From a virus: a stretch of 64,000 nt of DNA. The translations under genes were made by a program, and so were the position numbers. The stretch lies in IMG/VR virus record IMGVR_UViG_3300008119_000006. One strand, written 5' to 3'. Positions 51,133 to 61,331 of this stretch are shown piece after piece; position 1 is the first letter of the stretch, and every line of letters starts with the position of its first letter. The notes under the pieces are model-generated. The model saw only the letters and a program-made list of their open reading frames with translations. It did not search any database and was not told where the DNA came from.

Positions 51133-51200
51133 AGTAAAATCAAGTCTGCGCAACGATATTGCGCTTTATTATTATCTGAAAGTATTATATTATTATTATT

Positions 51201-51548
51201 ATGAATAACGATATTAAAGCATTATCCAATATGAGTATCGCTGAATTAAAGCAATTATTATCTTGCGTTAATCAAGATATTAAGTCCATTAAGCGTGCTG
51301 AGAAAATTGCTGCTGATAATGTACCTACTGAATTTGAAATATGTAACGATATTGCTAAACGATTTACTAATAAACAATATCCAAAACCAGTAGAAAATGC
51401 TAAACTAAAAGCAGATATTCAAATTCAGCAAGATATTCTAGAGTATCTCAATAGTGGTAATCATATTATCACTGCTCGACCAAGAAAATCGAGAAAATAT
51501 AGTAATAAACCATTTACAGTATCATTAACCAAAATCGTATCACTTTAA
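51201..51548 (+). CDS. Early hypothetical protein
   Basis: First ORF after promoter. Confidence 0.6.
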   Translation: MNNDIKALSNMSIAELKQLLSCVNQDIKSIKRAEKIAADNVPTEFEICNDIAKRFTNKQYPKPVENAKLKADIQIQQDILEYLNSGNHIITARPRKSRKYSNKPFTVSLTKIVSL

Positions 51549-51564
51549 ACTAAAAGGAAATTAT

Positions 51565-51783
51565 ATGTTATTAATCGACACTATTCAAGCATTATCATTA
51601 AAAGATAAAAGAGCATTAGTTAAAACAATCCGCTCTATTATCTCAGAAGAAGTAAAAGAGCAAAAAGTATTAAAAGTATTTTCTAAAGTAGCAAAAGAAA
51701 ATGCTAAGAAGGAAAAAGTATTAGCGCAGATTAAAGCGGCAGAAGATAAACTTGCCAAATTAACTGCAAAACTAGCAGTATAA
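51565..51783 (+). CDS. Basic coiled-coil early protein
   Basis: AAGGA RBS. Confidence 0.6.
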   Translation: MLLIDTIQALSLKDKRALVKTIRSIISEEVKEQKVLKVFSKVAKENAKKEKVLAQIKAAEDKLAKLTAKLAV

Positions 51784-51866
51784 TGTTTATAATATGCTTT
51801 GAGAGTATCAGAGCATATTAGTAAGTATTATTACCACTTATAAACAATTAAACTAAAAAGGAAATT

Positions 51867-52124
51867 ATGTTAATAGAAAAAACTGATAATTATGTAGTAT
51901 TGCAATCGTTTGCGTCCCGTACTGAAAATGAATATGAAGTATATGATTTAAATGAGAATATGCTCGGGTATTTTGTAGAGCGCTCTGATAATGATTATGA
52001 AGTATATTCGTTAGATTGCGCAGAATTCGGAAATATATCGCATGAAGAATTCAACCAAATTGATTATGTTGATGATTTTGCTAATGCTGTTAATCTTATT
52101 GTGAGTAACGCTTATGCTGAATAA
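51867..52124 (+). CDS. Acidic early protein
   Basis: AAGGA RBS; internal repeat NEYEVY/NDYEVY. Confidence 0.6.
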   Translation: MLIEKTDNYVVLQSFASRTENEYEVYDLNENMLGYFVERSDNDYEVYSLDCAEFGNISHEEFNQIDYVDDFANAVNLIVSNAYAE

Positions 52125-53370
52125 TGCCTTAGATATTAAAATTGTTGCCATTCGCAATGATATTACACAATTAAAAGATGAGTTTTATATAGACCATCCA
52201 GAGTATGTTGCGATATTGAATACCGCTTATACTGCTCTAGATGATTTAGTTTACCTTAAAATAATAAAGTAATACCATATTGATGATTTATAATAATCAT
52301 TATGTCGCTCAGAGGTGCATAGTGATTATTAGTAAGTTATTGATTATATTGAATATTTTATTGTGATAATCTTAGATAGTGCTCGGATAATCTGTTTGGA
52401 TTAACTAGGACGCACTAGGATAATCTGGTATTCAAACTAAGACTTAATCGAAGCACTATACCGGCGACATTATGGCGACATATTATTAATTATTATAAAG
52501 GAAGTTATTATGAGTAAAAAGCATTACATTATCGTAGCAAAATCATTATTTGAATCAAAAGCAGATTTTCTATTATGTTCTAATCTGGCAGTCCAGTTTA
52601 AGAATGATAATAGATTATTCGACATTAACCGTTTTCTAACAGCGTGTGGACATTAATATGATAAATGATATTGTAGTAAGCATTATTTGTATGTTATTAT
52701 CTCGTTTTTCTTATGATTTTACATGGGAACAGCGAGATAGAATCCAAGATATTCTATCAGAAAATCAACCAATTTAAGGTATCATTATGTCATGGGAAGA
52801 TAAGCAGTATATTAAGATTGTGTTATTAAGCAGTAGTTTATTATTATTAGGAGTATGTTTATGAGTTTATCTAAAGCAGATATGGTAGCATTATTAGAAA
52901 AAGCGCAGGAGTTAATCGATACGGTCATTACTGAATATCCAGATGATAATGATTTGGACGATATGGATTCACCATTATCTTATCTGATTAACGCTTCTGG
53001 TGATATATCAGATGCACTTAATCTAATAGAATAGTGGTATTATAGTGGATATTGATTAGTATCCATTAGTAATATTATTAGGAGTTTGTTTATGAAATTT
53101 ATTGTATTGTGTTTGGTTATATCATTATCTTACCATTTTTCTGATATCAATAGTCAATTTATGGTAATGAGTGGTAATTTACATATTGAAAGGTCATTAT
53201 GAGTGGTACGAAGCGGTTAATCGAAGAATTTAATTATTACTTTGATAATAATAATAGTGGTGTGGAAATCTCTGGTATTAAGTATTCAGCATCGGAGATA
53301 TTGTTTAATCTTAATCCAAATGCGTATCAAAGTGAATTTGATACTTGGTTGGATATACAGGAGAGTAATA

Positions 53371-53577
53371 ATGAGTAAATTTATTGCAGATAATACACGG
53401 GTAATTGGTTTATTTCAAAATGAAGCGGTTATCGGTAAGGTAGAATCCAGTAGAATGTATGGTAAGCGTATTGTATATACGGTCAAACTGGATAATCCAA
53501 TATCATTAAGGTGGCGTACCGATCCAGTATATACTATAATGCTGGGTAAAGGTGAAATTAAGGCGGCGCCATTATGA
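53371..53577 (+). CDS. Small SH3-like hypothetical protein
   Basis: GGAG RBS; GKVESSRMYG...YTVKLD.P. Confidence 0.5.
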   Translation: MSKFIADNTRVIGLFQNEAVIGKVESSRMYGKRIVYTVKLDNPISLRWRTDPVYTIMLGKGEIKAAPL

Positions 53578-53686
53578 TAAGGAAATTATATTATCTTACC
53601 ATTTTATTTTGTTTGTGGGCATTAACATTATGTGCATTAAATTTATATTATTCGGTAATGTATTTTAATTATTATCTCAAATAGTC

Positions 53687-53784
53687 CGTTGTGCCCATAC
53701 AACACATTATGGTTTTTCGGCAGAGAAACCGTATTGGAATATGCCATATTGATTGTGGTCTATTCTAATGCCTGTATAATGGTT
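53687..53784 (+). promoter_or_regulatory. Palindrome-linked early promoter
   Basis: CGTTG-N8-CAACA, then CCTGTATAATGGTT. Confidence 0.65.
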
Positions 53785-53829
53785 TTTTCAGTAGCAAATC
53801 TTGATTGAAATTTTTAAGAATAGGAAATT

Positions 53830-54606
53830 ATGAATTTATTATCAGTCGGTAATCCCAAGACTTTAAAGGGAATGGCACAAGGTTACAATACCTTTATTTT
53901 GCATCTTGCGCCATATACATTATCTGGACATAATACTTGTCCTAAGGCGTCAGCAGGTTGCGCTGCCGCTTGTTTGAATACGGCAGGCAGAGGTGGTATG
54001 TTTAAGCGTGGTGAGGTAACGAATACTATTCAGCAGGCGAGAATCCGTAAAACTAAAATGTTTTATGATAATCGTGAACAGTTTATGGCATTATTGGTAA
54101 AAGATATTGAATTGGCAATTAAACAATCTGCCAAAGCAGGTCTTATTCCAGTATTCCGTTTGAATGGTACTAGTGATTTATCATGGGAAAAGTATTCAGT
54201 AACCCGTAACGGTGTAGTATTTACTAACATATTTGCAGCTTTTGATAATGTCCAGTTTTATGATTATACTAAGGTGCTTGGTCGTAAAGTAAAACATATT
54301 CCTAATTATCACCTTACATTCTCTATGGCAGATGGTAATTACATGGATTGTAAACAGGCGGTTAATGAAGGTCTTAATATTGCTGTGGTATTTGGTATTA
54401 AGAAAGGCACAGCAATGCCAGAGAAATTCTTTAATTCTAACCTGACCGTATTTAATGGTGATGAAAGTGATTTACGCTTTCTTGATCCAAAAGGTTGTGT
54501 GGTTGGTTTATATGCCAAAGGCAAGGCAAAGAAGGATACTAGCGGTTTCGTAAAATATCCTGTTGGTGAGTATTCATTTACTATCAAATTAGATAAGGCG
54601 GCATAA
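53830..54606 (+). CDS. GP88-like (radical-SAM-like) protein
   Basis: CPKASAGCAAAC, RLNGTSD, QFYDYTK, NYHLTFS, GD.SDLRF.D. Confidence 0.7.
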   Translation: MNLLSVGNPKTLKGMAQGYNTFILHLAPYTLSGHNTCPKASAGCAAACLNTAGRGGMFKRGEVTNTIQQARIRKTKMFYDNREQFMALLVKDIELAIKQSAKAGLIPVFRLNGTSDLSWEKYSVTRNGVVFTNIFAAFDNVQFYDYTKVLGRKVKHIPNYHLTFSMADGNYMDCKQAVNEGLNIAVVFGIKKGTAMPEKFFNSNLTVFNGDESDLRFLDPKGCVVGLYAKGKAKKDTSGFVKYPVGEYSFTIKLDKAA

Positions 54607-55321
54607 TATGAATTTATTTAAATTAATTGATGAAGTTACCGAATTGACCGAGAATTATATTGGTACAATGGAAAAAGTACCTGCTGTCAAATTAGGTCTT
54701 GATAATAGGTCAGGTAGTTTGTTTGTATCACCTGATTGTATTGCTGTATATAAAGGTAATGACCGTGCCTTACAGTATTATGGTGGTTTTGAATATGTTG
54801 ATACACAATATCGGCATGAAATGGGTGATTTTGTATTCTATTCAGCGGAAGATGATAGAGTCCAAGGTCATTTAGAAACTTATTTGAATGCTGAGGTAGA
54901 ATAATGGTAACTAGTTTTAGACCTGAATGGCGGGATAATGCCATTGAAGCATTGGTAAATGATGATTTAAATTCATTTATGACAATGCGTGAAGAATGTG
55001 GTGATGAATCGGTATTGGCACAAATACTATATTCTGGTTTCAAAGGTTATCAGAATTACTTTGATGAAGAATTAGAAACGGAATTGCGTGAGCGTGATAT
55101 CTCAACAGTATTTGGAGATAATGATGATTAGTCAAACTGTATTAATCGTATTATTTGCCTTAACTGGTACATTAACAGTAATTGCAGGCATTGGATTTAT
55201 TAAACTATTTAAGGAACCGATTAAATGAATACATGGGATTTTGTGGTAAGTGAATTAAAATCACTCCAACAAGGTTTTGAGGATCATCAGGCAATCACGG
55301 AATTGTTTGTGGAACAAAAAC

Positions 55322-55445
55322 TGTTGCGTGGATACAACATTGTTAAGAGTAAAACCAAGTAAAGCTTGACAAAAATTATTTTCGCTTTTCGTTGTTTCCA
55401 TACAACAAACCTATTGTGGTATTCATTGGTACCTGTATAATGGTT
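55322..55445 (+). promoter_or_regulatory. Tandem palindromes plus early promoter
   Basis: TGTTG-N8-CAACA (55322-39), CGTTG-N8-CAACA (55390-407), GGTACCTGTATAATGGTT. Confidence 0.7.
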
Positions 55446-55468
55446 TCATTAATTGATTAGGAGATATT

Positions 55469-55753
55469 ATGTTGAAATTTGAAGGAATTGCTACTGTTGG
55501 TGATATTATTCGTGCATATGATTTTAAACCATGTGCAGGTCGTGATGATGCATTTATTGAAGGTGTGGTGATTGATACCAATTCTTATGAGTCCGGTTTT
55601 AGTTCATACAAAATAAAAGTAACGGTTGATAAGTTTAAAAAATACGAAACCAAAGCTACTGCTAGAAACCGTGTTGAGCAGATTGCTTTTGTACCACATC
55701 AAACCAGTTTTAGCGAATTCGATTTTAGAGTAATTAATTTAAGTAAAGTTTAA
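55469..55753 (+). CDS. Early hypothetical protein
   Basis: AGGAG RBS after promoter. Confidence 0.65.
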   Translation: MLKFEGIATVGDIIRAYDFKPCAGRDDAFIEGVVIDTNSYESGFSSYKIKVTVDKFKKYETKATARNRVEQIAFVPHQTSFSEFDFRVINLSKV

Positions 55754-56311
55754 TGTTAAATGAGGCATCCTGTCGGGTATAAGACCTCATCTTTTTGAAA
55801 GTATATTATGAGTAATAATATGAATTATCGTTTAAAAGAAATTGCAATGTGCCAAGCATTAGAGAATTTTCAGGCACCAGCTAATTTTCGTTCTACTTAT
55901 AAGGCAGTACCAATTGCTTTGTATGAAGAAGTAAAACAATTTATTGATTTCACCAAGTATTATGTTTGCTTCCGTGGTCCTCGTTTTAATCGTAGTTATT
56001 CTACCCGTAAGCGTGATGCTAAGGCGTTTGATGTATATCAACGCAGTGACCGTGATACCAGAGAAATTCGTATTGAGCGTGATGCCTTTAATCGTGGTGT
56101 CCGTTGGGCAAACAATAGGAGCCATTAATGAGTAATGTATATGTGGTGAGTTCTGGTCGTTTTGATGAAATGACAGGTAATACCAATTGGTTGACATTGC
56201 GAGCTTTTACTGTCTATGCAGATGCTGAGGCATGGATTGCTTCAGAGATTAAGCGTGACCCAAGCTTCAATGAAGATTTGGATTTTTATGACATTGATGG
56301 AGTATCATTAT

Positions 56312-56635
56312 ATGGTAGCTTATAAAGATTTAGATACTGGTTTGCAAGAGTATGTGGCGCACCTACAGGCAGATTATGATAGTAAAGGTGGCAACCAGTT
56401 CATAGAGTTTTATTATGAGCGTGGTCGTAAATATGCTCATGTCATTATGAAGCATATTGGCCAGTTTAGTATTGGTCAACGCAGTTCACATTCTTGGATT
56501 ATGCTTGATAATGACAAACAGTTTAAGCAAGGTGAAATTCTAAAGTCAGCAAGTTGGAAAGCACCTGCTCGTAACTTTGGTCGTGGCAATGTATTAACTG
56601 GTGAATTTAAACATATTAGATGGGCGGGTGTATGA
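56312..56635 (+). CDS. Conserved phage hypothetical protein
   Basis: GRKY...G.ILK.ASWKAPA...RGNV motif. Confidence 0.65.
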   Translation: MVAYKDLDTGLQEYVAHLQADYDSKGGNQFIEFYYERGRKYAHVIMKHIGQFSIGQRSSHSWIMLDNDKQFKQGEILKSASWKAPARNFGRGNVLTGEFKHIRWAGV

Positions 56636-56870
56636 GTGATTTTGATGATATGAATGTTGAAGAATTACAATCGTATTTCTCTGATTTTCATAAAGATTAT
56701 TATGGTTTTCGTCCTCGTTTTGCAACACCAGAACAATGGCGTAACCGTGATTGGTTGATTGAAAGTATTAATGGCATACATGATGCTTTTGATGCTATGA
56801 AGAAAACACCAGAAGGCCGTGCTCAGTTGCGTGCTGAAGGTTGGGTTATTGAAGAAAGTGAGATTGTATA

Positions 56871-57320
56871 ATGGGTACTAGGTCATTAACATTTGTATAT
56901 GAAGAATATAATCATGTGCAGAAACCAGTTTGCAATATGTACCGACAATATGATGGTTATCCAACCGGTCATGGTGCTGAGTTGGCAGAGTTTTTGAGTG
57001 GTGGTCGTTTAGTAAATGGTTTGATTGAAACCAAAACTGTTGAAGAAGTTGTTTTTAATGGTATGAGTTGTTTAGCAGCATCGATGGTTGCTTATTTCAA
57101 GCAAACACCTGGTGGTTTCTACATTTACCCTACTGATATGACCGATTGTGGTCAAGATTATGAATATCACATCTATGATAGTGGTAAAGGTTTGTATATT
57201 GAAGTGGTTGATTGTGGTTGTAATATGTTTGGTGTCACCATGAGTGATAAACATGATTTTGTATTCAAAGGCAATCTAAAAGAGTTTACTGAATTTTGTA
57301 AAGAAAAGGAATTAGCATGA
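56871..57320 (+). CDS. Conserved phage hypothetical protein
   Basis: MGTRSLT...YRQYDGYP.GHG..L...EYHI. Confidence 0.65.
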   Translation: MGTRSLTFVYEEYNHVQKPVCNMYRQYDGYPTGHGAELAEFLSGGRLVNGLIETKTVEEVVFNGMSCLAASMVAYFKQTPGGFYIYPTDMTDCGQDYEYHIYDSGKGLYIEVVDCGCNMFGVTMSDKHDFVFKGNLKEFTEFCKEKELA

Positions 57321-57849
57321 GTTATGATTCAGATTTTGAAAGAATTTACATGGTTGAATTTCAATCAGGTAGAATTATTCATGTTGGCCAATATACAGTT
57401 GAAGATGTAAAAGAATATTGTGCTGATGAGCATGAGGGTGAAGTTATTAAATCCATCTATGAAGAAGTTTATACTAATGATGGTGAAGATGAATAAAAGC
57501 AATTATCAAATCGATTGGGAAAGATTGGCAAAGTATAATATTGTGGTCAATACACAGCCAAAAAACCCATTAGATGATGTTGTGAAGAATGATGAGTTGG
57601 TTTTATGGATGAAAGAATATCCTGATGCCATGGAAGCCATTAATAAAATAAAGGATAGAAAATGAATTATTATCTTGTTGAATTTATGGATGATTCGGTT
57701 CATCCTCAATATGAAGAAGTGTCCGCTATTTCAGCAGAGGAAGCAGTTCATTCAATTAAATTAGGTTGGCCTAACGCCAAGATTTGGAATGTTTGGACTG
57801 AAACTGGTGAAAACGACCAATGGAAAGATGATGATGACGGGAGATGTTA

Positions 57850-58182
57850 ATGAGTGATTATACGCCTGATAGATGGCTTGTAGTAAAGATTACAACCGAT
57901 AAAGAAATGCTATATAAGGTATTTGCTTGTTGGTATGGCGGACTTGGTGGCTCTGATTCGTGGCAATTCAATAGCGGTATTGTTAAAGTTGAATTGGCAG
58001 ATAACTATTATGAATTTCATGGTCACTCTGGATCGGTATATCGTTGTCATAAGAATTGTTATGGCACCAATGGTTATGGCGGCAGTGTGTTAGCGAACTT
58101 TATTGATAAGGCAGATTATAAAATTGAAATACTGCCTGAGAATACAAATTGGAAAGAATTAAAATATGCCCGTGAGGTATAG
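57850..58182 (+). CDS. Conserved phage hypothetical protein
   Basis: YTPD.W....YKVFA.W.GG..GSDSW..NSG...F.G.SGSVY.C. Confidence 0.65.
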   Translation: MSDYTPDRWLVVKITTDKEMLYKVFACWYGGLGGSDSWQFNSGIVKVELADNYYEFHGHSGSVYRCHKNCYGTNGYGGSVLANFIDKADYKIEILPENTNWKELKYAREV

Positions 58183-58455
58183 TACCAACTGGATGGGACC
58201 AATTAATAAGCAATGGTATGAAGAGCGAGGCCTTGAGCTTTGGACTTATGCTGCCGGTCGTATTGATTGTCGTGGTGAAGATTTAGGACCATACGGTGAT
58301 GAAATTGGCTTATCACCAATGCTTGTTGAAGATTGGGGTAGATTTAGTGACTGGTTGAATACCTTTGAGACCGATTTTATGTGGTCATTGGAAGAATTGG
58401 TTGAGTTGTATGAAAGAGAAAATCCAAAAATTACTTGGGCTGAAGGATATGAATA

Positions 58456-58863
58456 ATGAGTATTAGTGCATATAAAGAAGTAACAGAGTGGGACAATTCA
58501 GAGTTTGTGGTGCCGAACCATACTTACCTATTTGATGGTAAGTCCAATATTTTGGCATATGCGAAGGCGAGCAATAATGAATTGGTGATATTACATAAAC
58601 CATTACCAATGGATACCCGTAGGCGTAAGTTTATCAAGGTGAAACATGAGGCATTGGACTCATATGGCGCAACGGTGGTGCTTGATGTGCCTAACCTTGA
58701 GAATACGCCTCATTGGTCAGTTAAAAGCGATTCAGGCAAGACCTATACGGTCACCTTAGAATCTGGTAAGTATCAATGTAATTGTATCGGGTATGCCTAT
58801 CGTGGTAAATGTAAGCATTCGGAAAGTGTTGCTTCGGCACAACAGCCAGCAGATATTACTTGA
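58456..58863 (+). CDS. SWIM zinc-finger protein
   Basis: YTVT....CNC.G..YRGKCKH. Confidence 0.75.
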   Translation: MSISAYKEVTEWDNSEFVVPNHTYLFDGKSNILAYAKASNNELVILHKPLPMDTRRRKFIKVKHEALDSYGATVVLDVPNLENTPHWSVKSDSGKTYTVTLESGKYQCNCIGYAYRGKCKHSESVASAQQPADIT

Positions 58864-58891
58864 CATATAATGTGGTACCTGTATAATGGTT
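58827..58891 (+). promoter_or_regulatory. Palindrome-linked promoter for tRNA-Tyr
   Basis: TGTTG-N8-CAACA, TTGACA, 16-nt spacer, TATAATGGTT. Confidence 0.75.
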
Positions 58892-58900
58892 GATTAAATT

Positions 58901-58986
58901 GGGTAAGCGGTAAAGTTGGAGAGTTACAGCAGACTGTAAATCTGTTGCCTATGGCTGAGTTGGTTCGAATCCATCCTTACCCACCA
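58901..58986 (+). tRNA. tRNA-Tyr(GTA)
   Basis: GCAGA-CTGTAAA-TCTGT anticodon arm, long variable arm, GGTTCGAATCC, ACCA. Confidence 0.92.
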
Positions 58987-59414
58987 GTATTTGTTATGTT
59001 TAATTGGAGAGTGTATGAAAAAAATTAAACTAAAAACTGCTATTGATGCCATTGTTGATTCAGAAATGACAACAATTCGTAAACTAAAAAAGCGTGACTT
59101 ACTTGGCTTATGCCGTGATTTACTTGAAGAGCGTTGTTTGGAAATGTCAGACGATGCATTGATTGATTTTTATAATGAGGTGACTAATGAAATTGCCGTA
59201 TAAAGATATATTTGTTGGTGAAGTTGATGAGTTCATTACTAATCCATTTTCAGGCGAAGGCATTATGCTGACAGCCGAAGAAGTTGCCGTGTATGACACA
59301 TTAAAAGGTTGTGAGTTGTTTGGTGATTACGATGGTGTAAGAAAAGGCATCAATTGGTTTATTGAGAATAACGCAGAAGCGTATATGGTTTTATTGGATT
59401 AATTTTGTTATTAT

Positions 59415-59489
59415 GCACCCATCGTCTAACGGTTAGGACATCGCCCTTTCACGGCGGGAATAAGAGTTCGATTCTCCTTGGGTGTACCA
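59415..59489 (+). tRNA. tRNA-Glu(TTC)
   Basis: TCGCC-CTTTCAC-GGCGG arm, GTTCGATTC, CCA end. Confidence 0.92.
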
Positions 59490-59506
59490 TATTTTGAAAG
59501 GTAGTT

Positions 59507-60670
59507 ATGAATAAAAATGCAAAGCAGTTTATCGTAGCGTGTGAGCAAGTGTTTGGTAGTGAAACAATTATTACCCGTGACGGCATTACACAGATTTGTA
59601 ATGAATCTGGTGCACCGTATCCCTATTGGTTGGTTACTAAGGCACAATATCGTTATGACCGTGGTCAATACAAAGTACCACCATCAGGTGAAAAGATTGT
59701 AAAGAAATCTGAAACTATTGTAAAGAATCCTGAACCTGAAGTTGAAATGGCATATCAGACCAACACAGCACAAGTGCTAGAGTTTCGTCAGCCAAAACTG
59801 ATTGATGATTCTGAACCTGCTGTGCCACAAAAATGGCCTGATTATGTACCATTTGGTTTCTACAAAGATATGAAGAATATCATTAGTAGCAAATCATTCT
59901 ATCCGATATTCGTTACTGGTTTGTCAGGCAACGGCAAGACCTTGATGGTCGAGCAAGTGTGTGCTGAATTAAATAGGGAGTGTATTCGTGTTAATATTTC
60001 AGTTGAAACTGATGAGAGCGACCTACTTGGTGGTCCTACCTTGGTCAATGGTAATGTGGTCAATCGTGATGGTCCTGTTCTTATTGCAATGAAGCGTGGC
60101 GCAGTATTGTTGATTGACGAAGTAGACCGTGGTTCTAATAAGTTGATGTGTTTGCAAGGCATCATGGAAGGCAAACCACACTACAATAAGAAATCTGGTG
60201 AGATGGTATATCCAAAGAATGGCTTTACTATCATCGCAACGGCAAACACCAAAGGTCGTGGTAGTGACGAAGGCAAATATCTGTCCCAAATCCTTGACGA
60301 TGCTTTCTTAGAAAGATTCCCAATTACGGTAGAACAGGAATATCCTGATGCCAAAACTGAGAAGAAAATTCTATCACCATTGCTTGATGATAAAGATTTT
60401 GTTGAGAACCTATGCCAATGGGCTGATGTGGTTCGTAAATCGTACCAAGAAGGTGCTACTGATGAGATTATCTCCACTCGCCGATTGGTACATATTGCCA
60501 AGGCATATGGTATCTTTAAAGATAGAATGAAAGCCATTACATTGTGTGTGAATCGTTTTGACGAAGAAACCAAAATGGCATTCTTAGACCTGTATTCTAA
60601 GGTCGATAGTTCGGTAGAATCACCTGCTAATACAGCATTCAATTCTACCACAACCGAGGTTGCCAATTAA
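59507..60670 (+). CDS. cobS: CobS/MoxR-like AAA+ ATPase
   Basis: GLSGNGKT, LLIDEVD, ATANTKG.G, AFLERF, ISTRRL. Confidence 0.88.
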   Translation: MNKNAKQFIVACEQVFGSETIITRDGITQICNESGAPYPYWLVTKAQYRYDRGQYKVPPSGEKIVKKSETIVKNPEPEVEMAYQTNTAQVLEFRQPKLIDDSEPAVPQKWPDYVPFGFYKDMKNIISSKSFYPIFVTGLSGNGKTLMVEQVCAELNRECIRVNISVETDESDLLGGPTLVNGNVVNRDGPVLIAMKRGAVLLIDEVDRGSNKLMCLQGIMEGKPHYNKKSGEMVYPKNGFTIIATANTKGRGSDEGKYLSQILDDAFLERFPITVEQEYPDAKTEKKILSPLLDDKDFVENLCQWADVVRKSYQEGATDEIISTRRLVHIAKAYGIFKDRMKAITLCVNRFDEETKMAFLDLYSKVDSSVESPANTAFNSTTTEVAN

Positions 60671-60792
60671 CCACAGATGTGATACCATGGTTAAAATGGT
60701 AAGGGTGTTGCCATCCTTCGGGTACCATGAACCCCGTAAAACTCGCAGTCTACTTTTGCTGGTTTTTGACTATAAAATAAAACCAGCTTTTT
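60671..60792 (+). ncRNA. Structured intergenic RNA/leader candidate
   Basis: Nested stems plus GCTGGTTTT/AAAACCAGC hairpin with U-tract. Confidence 0.4.
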
Positions 60793-60820
60793 ATTATGTT
60801 TAATTTGAAGGAGTATTACA

Positions 60821-61159
60821 ATGGCTTTAACAGTTCGCAAGGGTAAGATTAATCGTCATGAGAAAATCACCCAAGTATTATTAAGTGGCAAACCAGTATC
60901 ACCTCAGGAAATTGCTGATGTATTCAAAGGCACAAACCAAGAGGCAGTATTGTATCGCCTATCAACCAACATTTACAATATTCGTAAAGACGGTGGTATT
61001 GTAAAAGTTATCAAACAAGGCCGTAAAGTTACCGGTTATCAATTGGTTAATAATGACCAGTTCGATGCCAATGGTCGTTTCAAAAGCAATCAACAGTTAC
61101 AGACCAAAGCATCACCTGTAAAACCTGTTGTAGTCCAACAACCAACAGTAACGGCTTAA
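60821..61159 (+). CDS. Putative winged-HTH DNA-binding protein
   Basis: SPQEIADVF...YRLSTNIYNIRK.G...GYQL. Confidence 0.6.
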   Translation: MALTVRKGKINRHEKITQVLLSGKPVSPQEIADVFKGTNQEAVLYRLSTNIYNIRKDGGIVKVIKQGRKVTGYQLVNNDQFDANGRFKSNQQLQTKASPVKPVVVQQPTVTA

Positions 61160-61167
61160 TAGTTTTA

Positions 61168-61331
61168 TGCCATTGCAGCTCGCTGTGAAGCGCCGTAAGT
61201 CGGTGGCACCTTATTAAAGCATATTGTAAGCCATGGGTAATGCAAAGCCTGAGTAACTACCGCAATAGTCTGGTTAATCCGGATGACTCCAGTGAGTGGT
61301 AGCAAATAGTGCAGTATGCTTTAATGAGGTG
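61168..61331 (+). ncRNA. Structured ncRNA candidate closed by a 22-bp stem
   Basis: 61207-61228 pairs with 61310-61331 (three G-U pairs), internal multi-stem domain, upstream GNRA hairpin. Confidence 0.55.

Noticed and set aside
55760-55797. Small hairpin ATGAGG...CCTCAT as a riboswitch
   Set aside because: Too short, no recognisable aptamer; most simply a weak terminator or processing stem.
59507-60670. Cobalamin biosynthesis role for the cobS/cobT-like genes
   Set aside because: No cobN or other cob genes are present; these are generic MoxR/VWA proteins common in T4-like phages.
61240-61310. Hammerhead or twister ribozyme within the structured RNA
   Set aside because: CTGAGTA and CGGATGA only partly match CUGANGA, and there is no correctly placed GAAA or twister core.
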